64,000 nt of DNA, from NCBI GenBank assembly GCA_977030845.1, contig OZ365112.1:6448001-6512000 (forward strand), given 5' to 3'. The translations under genes and the position numbers were made by a program. Each line of letters opens with the position of its first letter. The stretch's first letter is position 1. A model generated the notes under the pieces. That model worked only from the letters and a program-made list of their open reading frames with translations, had not been told where the DNA came from and ran no database searches. Of the stretch, positions 50,301-64,000 are shown one piece after another. The stretch is from Fimbriosthenelais zetlandica. Taxonomy: Eukaryota.

Positions 50301-53300
50301 AGTGTCTCACTGATAACTAGCAATGAGACTGAAAAAAACTGTCACCTTCCATTCTTCTCAATGGCCTTGACGCAGCCGAAATATATTAGAAAGAAACTGC
50401 CTTCGGATGTATAAAGTTATAGACTAGACATAATACTGGCTGTGGAAATCCCATAGGGGATGACACTGATTAGGGCATCCAGGAAATTTTACGTATTTTT
50501 CGATATATACCAATAGGGCATTTCTACAGGGAATACACTTTAACTATAGTATGCCGTGCACTTGCATCCCCGCCCAACCCCGCAAAAAAGAATATTATAG
50601 AAGATTCCTATATGTTCGCTTTCAACTTTCTCAGAAGGAAAAAAGGGAAAAAGAACCATCAATGACCCTGATGAATCACTTCCGGTGTGACACCGGTGAG
50701 TGAGAAGAGACGACATTTGGACCTGAAGACATTCATCATGATTTTTGCAACACGTTGCTTCATCAACATTTTCGTGTCAGATATCTTAGTCCCTTCACTC
50801 CTTAACAGGCATCACCTAAACCCGCCTCCGCTTCCCCGCCTATCTCTAACTCAAAAATGTTACCACCCCAACTGTTTTCTGACAAATGGCTGGGGATATT
50901 TTAAGTGATTTAGGTGTGAAATGATGTTCCACAAGTCGGTAGGGGAGCTGGGTATTGCGGTAGAGGCCGTCTGGTAGTCTGGCAGCCTCTCGCTGGGCTA
51001 TGGCTGGCTTCGATGGCAGAAGTCTGAAACCCTAGCCGTAAAGTGTAGAAGCGTGTTCGTAAGGTCATAAGCAGTGGGCCAGCTGACACGGGGCCTTTCT
51101 GGCTCACTGATGGCCAATGCTGGAGTGTGATTTAAGTGTTCTCAGTCTCGTCTGGGAGTAATGTTCAGAATAGCCACTATCTCCAGTCTGGTCTTACAAA
51201 TACGTCCCGTCTTAAAGTTGCTTAGCTCCCATCATTTTGGTATCTCGGCGTAATTTTGGGTTCAAAATTCCATGACGTAAGCTTGGGAGATGTGGGGGCG
51301 TGGGGATTTGCCTGTATATATATTACACTAATTGCTCTTGATCATTACTTACATTGATGACGTGGTCGTCTTAAGTGACTCACTGCAAGGAGCAATTTAT
51401 ATACCATCAGATATGGACGCTGTCTACGTGACAGATGTAAATACTCTAATTGCAGCAGCAAACACACGCCACTCCCATATCAAGCTAAGAATCATTGCCA
51501 AGAAGCCAATAGAGCTACATCAATCATACTAGAGAAATAGTCAATTCCAAGAGTTGTCAATGCCTTGTCTTGTAGTGGATACACCAATCACCAAGCCCGC
51601 AGAAGTCGGAGTTCCTATAGATGCCAGAGCAATACATAAACACACACATCAGCTTTGTTATTACTCTCCTACCATGGCTTCTCATAGCGCTGGCTTCTAA
51701 GGAAGCCACTGGAGAAGCCAATAATCTGACCCGGCACGGACCAAGCTCCCGTACCTTCCTCCTTCCCCAGTGCTCCTCTGATAGATCATCGTCAGAGGGG
51801 CAGATAGGGGATTGCTATTAATCATTTTTTGACATGTAATCGTCGCGTAGTTGATGGCACATGGGGCTCCGGCCCAGGTGGCTTCATCAAATGCTACCCT
51901 CCTGGGTAGATTGCGACTCTTTCTGACTTGTTGCCATTCTTCAAGGTGACAAGCAAAAGGAGAAGACAATTAAGTTAAATGGCTTTTTCTTTAAGACCAA
52001 AACATCCTTTTATCATTACTTACTTTGAATTATTCTCTTTTCACATTCTATTCTTCCTATATGACATCTTCCTTTCACTAAACAATTATTCATTTCTCAG
52101 CTTTTGTTCCACCTTCTCCCACCAGTCTGTCAGGGGAAGGAACCACATCCACTGGAGCGTATAGGCCCATATAGTGCCCCATGTCAACGTCAATGATTAC
52201 CGTAGGACAGATTAAAAACCTCTGACCATTCCCCAATCAGGGGCCACATCACATCCCTCTCCGGGGAGGCAAACTAGTTAGAGGCAAATGCCCTGAGGTC
52301 ATCCATCTCTCCCAACCACTGTAAACCTGGGTGTAATTATCATGAGGGAGGGCATCAAATTGAGACAGCAGTTGACAAACAGAGGGAGCGTTCTTTTGGC
52401 AGGCTGACACAGAAACTGCTCCATTCATCAATCCCAGCGCGTCCTTGTTGGTTATGCCAGGCCCACATCTCCGGCCCTCTACCTCATATAATGGTGAATA
52501 TTATCTTGTCTCCAGTCGTCCCCTAAGAGGTCTCGATTCCCTCATGAATTGAAGGAGCTCAGCTCGGGAGGCAAAGATGAGCGTTTTTTTCGGTAAGATA
52601 ATATGGTCATAAAGACTAGAACAAGTCATGCATAATACAGCGAGAAAGATGGAGGCTAATCATAACATGTTCTAACGTAATGTAACCACCCCAGATAAGA
52701 CCTCTAAGCAAATGCTCAAAGTGCACATTTTAGTCAATCGCCAATCTTAGTATTCTTGATCTAGGCAATATAATTATTGAGAGGTACTATAATTATTGAG
52801 ATCATAACTGATTATCTTAATGACTGCTGATGTTCAGTTGAGGCTAATAAACCATACAATTATAATGATCAAAACAGAGCATCAAATTTAGGCGCTGGAG
52901 ATTATTGATACGGAAACTCTGCGATAAGATTTAGGTCACAAATGCATTGCTGATGTGCAATTTTTCAAAATCCATTGCAGGTGGTGTTTTATTTCATTCT
53001 AATCTGGGTGGATTTGTATCATATTGCAAGCCACTGTGGCTGTGAGCATTATAAAATTGGAAACAACAAGACACTGTGTGTGTTGATTTCACTCCCCGAC
53101 AACAGTTTCGTATTCATGGCTAAGAAGCCACATAACTGAACCTGTTTAACTCATCCAGGGATATTCGGAAATGAAAGAATTTGTCAATTTGTTAAACGAG
53201 AAAATTTGTTTCCGGCCGTTTTGAAAATAAGCCTTAGCTGAAAGTGAAAAATATCTGCCTACGTCATTCATAGTAAAATTACCTCGATACCTTCAATCTA

Positions 53301-56300
53301 GGATTTATATTTCTAGTTAGTGTGTACATGTGTGGTCTGATACGAGTTCAGAATTTACATCATTTTCCGATGTATAACTTCCATTTAGTCTTATTAATGA
53401 TAATATCCTGAGGAAATAGGGAGGCCCAGGTGTTCCTTTGTAATATAATCACAAGATAAGGAATAAAAAGACGTACATGATCAAACCATTCACTGACCTG
53501 TAAATCCTTCTCGACAAATGATGCATTTACTCCTAGTCAGGGGCTCTCGTTTGTGATTTCATTACAATTTTAAAATCTTAGTGACATTTTAATTGGACAT
53601 TTGTTCATGCGTTGATGGGACAAACTTAACAAACTTGACGTCTTTCATGTCAAGGTCTAAGATATTGAATTCTTTATCAGTTTCCTAATCAATTTTCTCA
53701 GCTGCCCACTAGCATTATTTCCCTAGCTTGCAGCAATTGTATGGACGATGAAAAGAAATCAAGAACAGTGCCACTTCAAGACCAGTTTTAATTCACGATC
53801 CCAACCCCCAATCCCGATTGTAATAAGTAGAGATTAGTATTGTAACACAGGACTAAAAAACATTCAATGGCTTGTGTCAGATGTAATTGAGTAGTAGCAT
53901 AAAAGAACTTAACTTTCCTAATTGAACTGATTAAAAAGCCAAGATGAAAACCTTCATTTCTGAGGGTCTAAACCATCTCAAGCATGCCATGATCCCTCCG
54001 TAGATTGGCTTTTATAATGGCCGGCCCCTTTTCTGTCCATCAAAAACCTGCATAAGCATCATTAACTCAGTCTGGGATCATAAATGACTAAAGTCCTTAC
54101 ACTGAGCAGTGACAAGAGCAGTTTGTCATGCCACTCACAGCTTTTCTCAAAGTGACTGGCCATATTGTCAGAGGTCTGGTAAAAAACCTTCCCCAATCTG
54201 TGGAACTCCAGGAATGATATTATGACATCAATCCCTGACATTGCAGGCATTCAGGGGAGGCACAAGACGGTGAATGAGTCGAAATTCTGCCAAGGTCTCA
54301 TCAGAATCGTGTTTATTGGTACAGGTTTTTCGCCGAACAATAAGTAAGATTTGTTTTTTTATCAAGGAGGTCATGGCTGTCTCACATTATTGCAGCGTGC
54401 ACCTGTTCCGACCATGCAGGAAATGACATGCGAACAGAAAGAGGACGAAATCTTTTCATGATCATTGTAGGTGCATGTGAGATTGATCAATCATTAGTGT
54501 TGATGGACTCTCCTTTATAAAAATTGTATTGTGATCATGCAAACCTCAATTCCACACCTTAATACCTCATATTATGGCTCATAATTAAGGCTATATTACA
54601 TTCATATTCATTGATGTCAGTGTTCATTTTCTTCGACATAATCAGGATCTATATAATGATACTGTATTAGGTAATTTCATTGTAGTGAGTCTTATTTTGC
54701 AGACCATCACTTCCAAAATTAATACTGCATGTATGTCGGTAGTAAATGCTATTTGAAGCTCTCATGCTTATTAGCAGCCATTCCTTCAGGATTACAAGGG
54801 GAGAGGAAAGCCTCTTTGAAACCATCTCCCGAATGAGGGGCCTTAATCATGCACTTCCTCCTTGATGAGATTAATCTAAATGGAGCAAATGACTCCAGGG
54901 CATGCATATCCAAGCATCATTATTACTTTACTACAGCAGGATGTTTTACCCTGAGTTTCCTTTTAATGACAGTGATTGTTTTTAAGTCTAAGGCAATCTT
55001 CCTCTGCAGCTATGTAACCCGAGCAAGGAAGCTCAGGTCTTCATAGAAGCATACTATGGGAATGTGGTAATTTCGTTGGTAAATTTAGATGCCACAACAA
55101 TATGGTTTCAGAAGAGAGTGGGAACTGTTGAACAGCAAACCTCTTGAAATCTTTGCCACTAGGGTATTGCATTATACACCTAGAGATCAGTTCGTCTTTC
55201 ACAAACTAAGCCTTCAGCTTAAAGAAAAGCTCCAAGAGTCCCGCAGTAAAAATCCATCATTGATAGGCCCCTATGGCATAAACTAATGTAGCTATAGGAG
55301 AATATACTGCTTCTAAGAATCTTAATTCTTGCAGAGTGAACTCAAGACAATTTATCAAAAACTTCCAAGGTTATTCATCGATTCTCATGAGGCTTTGAAG
55401 CCAACAGATCGACCTCCAACTTTCTATGGGCCTATAATGTTCAACAAGAAGAAACATCTTATACCCTGCCATTATTATTGATCCAATGCCCATTGGGTAG
55501 ATGGGCTTCCCTGATAATTAAACATCCAAACAGTCCATTAGTTCTAGTAGTTGTTTCCCAAACTGAAAACCCTGGGAAGGCCGTGCTTCGGTTCAGCAAT
55601 TGGTATGCAGCGGATGGATAGGACTAAGTGAGTTTGGTGTTCGCTGCCGCAGACTTCCAGAGTGTTTCAATCCCTCTGTGGCCAGGAGGCCCAGCTAAAG
55701 TTGTTACCAAATGTAGGCATTAACAAAACAGTTTGTTTCCCCAGAACCACCAAATGATTTTAGGGGAGAAACTATTGGAGGGTTGGGACCTTGAGATCCG
55801 TCCATGCTTGCATTGCTAACATATATGTGCGTTTGTTGTTCTAAATTATCATTCTTAAAATTACTTTTGAAGTAGCCTATCATAAGCAGAAATATCTAGC
55901 TGATCCCTGGATTTATACAGGAAAGAAGAGATGATGGACTAATAATGAATTTATCGCCATATCTGCAACTGCTATGGCGAGTTTCATGGTGACAGGAATG
56001 AAGATTATTACAAAGACTGAAATGTGTGGTATACTATCCCCTAGCACTAATTGCAGGCTTGTTATCAGGGCCATAGGTGGCTTTCCTATAAAATATTAGT
56101 TTGCATTATTGCTGTGAAGGACAAAAGATCATAATTTGCTCTTTCTCACTAACACCTTGGATCTGCATCTTGGCTGTATACCCCCCTACTGTGGATTCCT
56201 ACTGCCCATCGGGCGGGTGCACTATATATATTCCCTCAAATGCCAAAGGTGAAAAGATGAATGATGAAGGTAAGTCATAAGTGTAGATTCTTGTGGCATA

Positions 56301-59300
56301 GGCCCCATTGTTCTACACCTTAGACTGCTATGTTCCACTAATATTAGATTCATTGCATGCTTTCCGTCCTTTCAAATCAATAACGGGATATCTCATATGT
56401 TTGTTTCTTTTCCAAAATGCTATAAGTTTGTTTTCATGGAAAGTAAAAGTTTTCATTGGCTTACAAGATCATTCTTTCTTTTCTTCGACAAGATGCACAT
56501 TTGGCAAACCTTAGGTCTGAAGTAATGGCAGGAGGTAATCTTTCTCAACAGCTCAGGCTATCAAAACAAAGCCTTGGTCAATCGTGATGTGAAATACGAG
56601 ACCAAATGGAAGCCATATTTAGAGGGGATCCTATATCTTCTATTACCTCCCAATGGTCTCATGTACCCAGCGAGTCTCCACTGGCTTTTTCCTATCCTCA
56701 TTTTAGGATTCAGATAACCGTCAGACCTTTGAGGCATATCATATCGAAATATCACGACTCTCTGATGTTTTCTCAATAATACAATGGAGATTGGAGGTAT
56801 CCGGGGCCCAATAAAACCCTCCTCACCTCCTGGGGATGATTAATTTTGAGGCCTTCAGATCTATGGTATACAAGGTGCATTATAGGTTTGTACAAAATGG
56901 CTGAATAGGAACCTGATGCTTACTGCATGTATATCCAATGTTGAAACTTGAGGCCACACATTCAAGGCTTTTCAAATGATGCAAAACTTTCCACTTGTCT
57001 GCATAGTTGAATTTGACTATGAAACTGAATGTCAAATACTCTACATGAGTACAATTTTTCGAATATATTATCAAAGATACCTTCAGAAGCACATGCCTTT
57101 CCATTTCAAATCTGTGCCTTAAACATTTTTATGAATCTAAATGTCTTTGTTGAGTAATAATGTTGATATTATTACTATAAACATGGATCTGCCTCAACAG
57201 ACTGTCGTGTAAAGGAGCCGCATGCAGCAATATCCTGCTAGTGAAGCTCTCACGGGAGCAGGAATAATCTGCCTCTTGTTGTTGGAGTGTGTTTCGGCTT
57301 AATGCCATACTTTCATCATAGCAAGCATATCTCTGATAGGAGCGATAAAACAAAAAGAGCAAGTGCACTTACAGATTCTCCAGTGTCCTTTACAGGAAAT
57401 TCAAAACATATTGCTTAGTAGATGCAGATAGATGTCCCCTTGGAGGACTGTCGAGTGTATAATCATATTGAATGGATAAAAGGCTGGAGAAAATAATCCA
57501 AAGAAGATTATTTGGGGAGCCGAACAGAGAGGGAAAAAGAAGACACTGTCATCTCTGTATTATGTGGATGGAAATGTACAAGGCATTATTGTGATCACCA
57601 TCCTCAGCTCAGTGCACAATGTACATGTTGTAGGTGAAAAAAGATGCATACTGCAGGAACAATGGATAGACAAGGTATAAGCAGCCGAGGCTGCCTATTA
57701 TGACAAAGTGGACCTATAAGAATAATCAAGAACACAAAAGTATAGTAGTATTCTTTAGGTACTAATATAAGATACGGGATTTTTAACATTCGATATGACA
57801 TAAAGATGGAATAAACGGGTTTACTGGGTACATTCAGAGAATAGAATTAAATTAGCATGGATCTATTTCATATTTAACTAAGCACTGCCAATGAGTTAAC
57901 AATGGTTTCTTTTAGACATGGCCTATACAATTAAGGCTCATGTAGTCACACAAAAAAGTGTGATTTATGCCATCTAGAACCAGCTAGACACTGCATGCCC
58001 TCGATAACCTAAATCCATTAGCTATCATTATGCAATTCTATTATATTCCATGATACAGACACAATCTAATTTTAATATCCCAGCATTTGGCCCAGCATAC
58101 CGAAGGTTCATGGTTACCTCTAAGCCCCTGTTTCATCTCTTCTCTTTGGTTCCATTATCTGCAGAGTGCCAACCACCGTCCCTGGTGTATTGCTAGAAAC
58201 ATATATCACTCATGAATTAAGCATGAAGTGTTCAGGAAATAATCACCCATTAAGTGTGTGCAACACCTCCAATCTGTTGCCAGCCCTTAGCCAAAGTCAA
58301 GCTAATATTGGGGATGAGGAGGCAATAAATTACTAGCCTTTATGCCTCATATTTCATCTCAGAAAGCCTCTTTTATGCATTGACTCTCCCACCATTTATT
58401 CCCTCCATTGACGGCGCCGGCCACGTGTTTTGGAATCCAGTCACCAAGGACAAATGCTAAGGACAAGTTAAAGCGATCAATGAAAAGTAACTTTGGCCGG
58501 TTTTGAGCCCATTATCATGCAATGTTCAAAGACGGGAGGGTTGCAAGGACCATGTGTTAACGAAGGAAATGGGGCGCTTTTTCCACAAGGCATCCCGCCT
58601 CTGCTACTAAAACAAAGTATGGACTTGAAGGCGGACTGGACCAAGTGATAACTGTATAGGAGGGCTTTACTGGGGTCCTGGTGGGGAGACGTCAGCAAAT
58701 CATGGAGCAGCTGGACCCGGGTCTGCATTCACCCAGCCACTGGTAGCGGGTATATGGTGACAGGGCAAGCCTGGCCGTGATTAAGACCCATTGCCCCACT
58801 GGGAGGTCCCGATGTTTTTTGCAAGTTTATCCCAAGGGACAAGAAGGAGGACAAACTGGGATTTTTGCTGATTTTGACATAATTTATAGAGCACTTTTGC
58901 TTTGAAGAAATTTCCAAATTCATCAGTTCTAAACCATTAGACGCAAAAATTGGCATCTGACACTTATTATCGTAATATGCACATATGGTTTCATTGCATT
59001 AGTCACCTTGACCCTACACAAAATCTGAAATTATTTTCAAGGTTAACAAGTTGAAATCAATATCAGTGACATGATTCAGTACCATAAAGGTTCGCTTCAC
59101 TGAGATTTAAAGTTATACAAGCAGTGGAGCAGAAGGGATTTTCGACTATATCCTGTTTCATGAGACAGTATTATATGTAGTCTATACAGGTACATTTCTA
59201 GCTAATGGAACTTTCCAGGAAAGCAGCCTGCCTGATCTCATGGTCCGAGTCATCATGACCAATGACTCATATAGTCTTGACAAGGATCAAAACTTTGACT

Positions 59301-62300
59301 GGCTTTATCAGATGGTCGGGTGAACTTTATTAACCTACGTGTTAAAATTATTCCTGTTTCCACTGTTGCAACCTATGGCTTCCGGCGTTTTCATTTACCT
59401 AACATCTTCATTTTCTATGATTTATTCCAATATTAGGAATTTAATTGCATTATCCCCGATCTTCTCAGATGAATTACTCTGAGCTTCTTTGGTAATTTTA
59501 ATGAAGTCCAATGCTCAAATGGAGTGGAAAACATTAATGCTAATTTTATCCTTCCCCCTGCTGTGCACTAGCCTAGGAAAACCACGGAGAATCAGCGGTA
59601 ATTTTGGTTAATTGATTTAGATTCAATTGTGGGGTCCTCCTATCCCCCAAACACAACGCCTTATCACCACACAGGCATTGCCAACACATTTTTCTGCCTC
59701 ATCCATCTCGGCCCACCAGCCAAGACCTCAGTATTTTGTCTCTCTCTACCGCTTTTGCCTACCACCTCCACAGGCAATCTCTGTTGCTCGTTTAACAAGA
59801 AGAAACTTGGCCAAATTAATCAGTTTATCCGCTCAGAGATGACTGGCAAGTTTCTGGAGGCATTTTTAAATTGCTCAAAGTCTCAATGAAGGAGTGAGGT
59901 TGGGAAAAAACGAGCAAATGAAACTGATAGCAGTTTTAGTAGGCCTATATATTTTTTCATGGGATTAATGGAATTAAAATACAAATTCCATGAACCGAGT
60001 TTCAATTGAAACCCATTACTCATAGGTTAGCATCTTAAAACGATGGAAAACATCTTGACATGGCATGTACTAAGTTTAGGGCTTGGAATAAGTAAATCCT
60101 GTGACCTCTATATCCTTGCATCCATTTGGGATGTGAAAAACAGATTCAGTAAACATTCTACGTTAAATAATCATTCACGTTGGATACATTACATTGCAAG
60201 GGTTGTAGACTGTGTCCATGTCTATTCCCATCATAACATGTGGTGGTAAAGCTATATAGACATGCTGATTCCATCTCCACTCGCTCTGGCCTCATCCTTT
60301 GCTTGTCGGGCAAATCAAAACTTGATTGTGACAAGAACCACTCAGCAACTTGTCGACATAATCACTGTTCAATGAGGGGAAGGCTTGTTCGCCTCGCTCG
60401 CCTTTCTATGGGCACGGTTTTTGGACCGGGTCCAGATTTAATTTATGTTTCAGATTTGGTGTCTGTCGAAGCAATCGATGGCTGGTACCTCAAGAATTCC
60501 AGCTTCTGCCAGCCAACTGCCCTTCTGACTTTGCTATCACACAACCTAGCCTAGACATTAACATTTCTATGCATATATTATTATAAAATATACTACAAGG
60601 TTTGGATGTTCAAATAGGTCATGAAAAATATATACTATGTTAGGGAAAGCATGTCTGAAGTTATTTCCTGTTGGGAAGGACTTCTAAACCTTGCCCCAGG
60701 AGCAAGTCATCTTTTAGGTTTCTTTTTGTACACATGCCAGATTGCTTAACGGCCTTATGGGAGGTAGGGGACACTGATATGTAAAGTGCCTAATGGATGG
60801 AGGAGCAGGGTGAATCAATGAACAACAGGACAGGATGGAAGTGTCATCAATCTTGGACAAGCACCGCGTCTCACCGGGTAGTCCGGCAAGAGCATAGGCT
60901 GGTACTTTAAATAATGTCATTATGCAAAGGTAACATTCACAAAGAAGGGATCGACTCGGTTAAAGTCCTTCAGTGCATGACACCGTGATCGACAAATGCC
61001 GACATGCCACCGTTCCCTGACAGGAAGTTAAAGTGAAAGAGGAAGTTAAAAGTGAAAGCGAAAGTCAGCGGACACGAGGCTCTGATCAATTGGGAGCATC
61101 CGTGGATGCTTTATGTTGGAGTGTTCATCAAAGGGAGGGTAGAGAAGGCATCAGGCAAAGGCATCCTGTACATGGCCTCTAGTCTCATCCTCAGACAAGA
61201 GGCGGCGACCCAGTTAAACAGCTCCTTGTCAAGGACTAGATCTGTTAAAAACAAATGCATCTTAGGAAGCACTGCTGAGGTAGAACCTTCTTTTCCACAG
61301 GGGGACTGAGAAGTGTCGGGTCTACCCATGTGAACTAAGCCAATCGAGACTAATGGAGTCGTATCTCAGTCTAAATGAGTTTACACCTAGGAACTTTGCC
61401 ATTCGCCGATTCACAGAGTACGCAATTAGTATCTTCCCCGATAGGATCAATATCATCCCCTTAACCAAGTTAATTGGCTTACACTCAGCACAGAGAAGAC
61501 ACACTTATTGTAAAGTGCCTTACTATTACCCTTCCATTAGATCCAGTTCTTTACTATATAGCTGCACAACAAGCTGATGGTGTGGCCACCCAAGAACAAG
61601 AGCGAGGAGAAAGAATTGACACGCGCACAGGCCCTTGTTACTTTAGTGAGGTTAAAAGTTGGAAGGGAAGAGGAAAAAGAGGCGAGATCTGCCATCAAGA
61701 CCGGGACTCTGCTGGCTTATTATCCATTTAATTGCTAATCATAGGATTAGAAATTGAAAGAGAAATTGAATGCCAATCAGTCGCGCCGACCGGTACTCCA
61801 AGGAGGGAGTGGTTGCATTGAAAACCCGTTTAATTTGCGGCCATAGTTTAATTTGCTTCCTTATCTGAGTCAGGATCATTTAAAGGGGCTGCTCTGTGAA
61901 CGGAGAAGCCAGGATCGGTTGACTATTTGGAATCGTGTGTTCTATTTCCGAATAGTACCAGGAACGAGGACTCTCGCGGACTAAAGGAACACAATTTGTT
62001 GACAAATAACGTTATATTTCCAATCATATAATCATTATATCTCTCAATTGTTCCATGGACGAGAAATAACACATTTTTCTTATATAATTCCATAAATATT
62101 TGCAGACAAATAATTTTATAACTTCGAATATTAACAAATATTATGAAGATTTTAAGAATTTCTGATAAAATACTGTCATACTGATGAAAGCATCCTGACG
62201 CATGTCACAGTATTTTTGGAAGAAAAACAACTGAACTTCAATTCGACATAATTTGTCATTGATAGAAAACATCACAATAGTTCAAACTATAGATGTTTGT

Positions 62301-64000
62301 TAACCAAAACGATGTCGCATTGAATGGAGAATTGACTGCACCCACAGTTCCAAGTTCAACGAGTGGATTCCTCTCTCAGTTTTTCTTACATCTCTTTTTA
62401 GGATGAAAAAATATTGATTAATATGATGACCGACGGAGAAGGCAACGGATTAAAGCGGGCTTTCTTCCGTCTGTGTTCATTTTTTTCTTTTCTTTCATAT
62501 TTTTTTTCTACTCTTCCCAGCAACAACATTCCCTAACTCAAGTATCAATCACGTTTGGAGCAGCGAGGCTTCTCGAGAATCCACGAGAGTTCACGTTGTG
62601 AGGAGAGCGACCCGTGTATGTACCAAGCGCTGAAGTGTTCAGGCATCCGAGAGTTCATGACGAAGCATTTTCATTTCGCTCGTCACTAGGTTAGCGGTCT
62701 TCTCTAGTGGGGCTAGACAGTGATGGGAAAGTGAGGGGAGGGTGAGCATATCGGAGCTCAGCATTGGATCTACGGCTGTACAAAGCACTTGAAACAAACA
62801 GGCCATGGTTCCATTTATATTCCTCTTGTGTTTGGTTTGGCGGAAGCCTGGTTGGTCTTGGAGCCGAGATATAGGTGAGAATGCAGTAAAGTGTACGGAT
62901 TGGGAGGAGGGGATCTATACACCCTTTGCACTACGTTCTGGGGGGTAAATAAGCCAATGGCCTCTATAGCGGTCTAAAACTCTAGTCTGCCCCATGTCCT
63001 GCCTGTACCTGCCCTAAATCTCCCCTCTTCCCACTGTTCCTCTGCTCTTGCCCTCTCGTATGCTACTCTTCCTATTCACCGTCCATACATTGTGTTTGTC
63101 TATTAGGAGGCACAGCATGGTACAGGAGGGGTACAGGCTTAAGTAAGGTATGACCTATACATACACATTATAAGGCCCCAGAGGTAAGCAGTATGTAGGT
63201 GATCGCTCAGACCTGCATATCTATACATCATCCTTATCTTATACACTCGTCTAACCTCAAGCTAAATCTAGTCTCAAGCCAGTGATTTAGGCTTGTGATA
63301 ATGAACAAATGTTAAATGTTAAAATTCTACTCTGAAGTATTGTCCCAAATGGGAGTATTAAGCGAGTTTTCGATGTTAAAGTTACCGAACTTCGAAAGTC
63401 AACTCCCAGGTACTTCATCATGGTCATACATGTTTAATTTGGGGGCAAAATTGTGGCAAATGGAAATGCCTCAGGTATCAATATCTCAGGTACGTCCCAT
63501 AGTAAGGCACCCTCGGTTGAGACTTTCTCTTGGCTCTTGCACAATGTCTGGACGGAATTGGGGGTAAACCAGATGGCGCCCCAGTTGCTCGTGGGACGAG
63601 CGGCTCTGAGTTGCTCAATGGAAGAGCATCAGCTGTCACAACATTACTCCCCCACCCTCAAGCCCTCTCCATGTGCAGGAGAAAGGGTGGAGGGCACGGG
63701 GGCAAGGGTGAAAGGGTCCGGGGGAGCAGAACGAAAGGGGAAGATAGGGGTTAGGGGTTAGCAGGCTTTTGATATTACTAGGATTCTTAATAAGGGATCC
63801 TAGTATGTTCTGATAAGTGGTATGAAAGGATGGGGAGGATATGATTTAGGCACCTCTAGTTTACTAGGCTAGATTAAAATGGCAAAGGAGCTGAGGTATG
63901 ATTAATATTTGACTAAGATATATATCGTTCACCATGATGTAACTGGCCATTATAGTCTGGCTCAGGCTCACTCGCGGTACTGTAACGTCTGCATCATCAC

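Noticed and set aside
50668-50710. Hammerhead-ribozyme-like CTGATGA followed by a hairpin
   Set aside because: The core continues GAAG rather than GAAA, the stem II closing pair is not canonical, and no stems I/III could be formed.
51332-51532. ORF with YIDDVVV resembling the reverse-transcriptase YxDD motif
   Set aside because: No other RT motifs lie upstream or downstream in any nearby frame, and the segment overlaps a plausible opposite-strand intron donor.
63290-63345. Minus-strand RILTFNICSL resembling an APE endonuclease N-terminal motif
   Set aside because: It is followed by stops, and no other LINE endonuclease or RT motifs are present.
63745-63762. Telomere-like TAGGGGTTAGGGGTTAG
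   Set aside because: Only about two variant units are present, which is expected by chance in a G-rich patch.

Overview
This is eukaryotic nuclear DNA, roughly 40% GC by eye, with patchy CpG depletion. It could be a large-genome fungus or an invertebrate; the sequence alone does not settle this. I could not support any intact protein-coding gene. No ORF in the supplied track exceeds 162 aa, none shows a recognisable domain, and several are by-products of purine- or pyrimidine-rich tracts. The most structured object is a ~2.25-kb element at 5179-7429 with the terminal architecture of a non-autonomous Helentron/Helitron2 (HINE/DINE-1-like). It has a 5' subTIR folded into a 13-bp hairpin, a 3' subTIR followed by a stem-loop, and T|T flanks. 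Its interior holds three direct copies and one inverted partial copy of a unit carrying a tRNA-Ser(TGA)-derived pseudogene, each with A/B boxes and an oligo-T terminator. Two copies sit head-to-head in a ~326-bp palindrome. The window also contains a 211-bp PIF/Harbinger-type MITE (62-bp TIRs, TAA TSD), a 3x44-bp tandem repeat, a perfect 101-bp tandem duplication, microsatellites and two promoter-like motif clusters. Several stop-interrupted frames with short GT-AG intron candidates may be decayed genes, but they are not statistically distinguishable from chance by eye.
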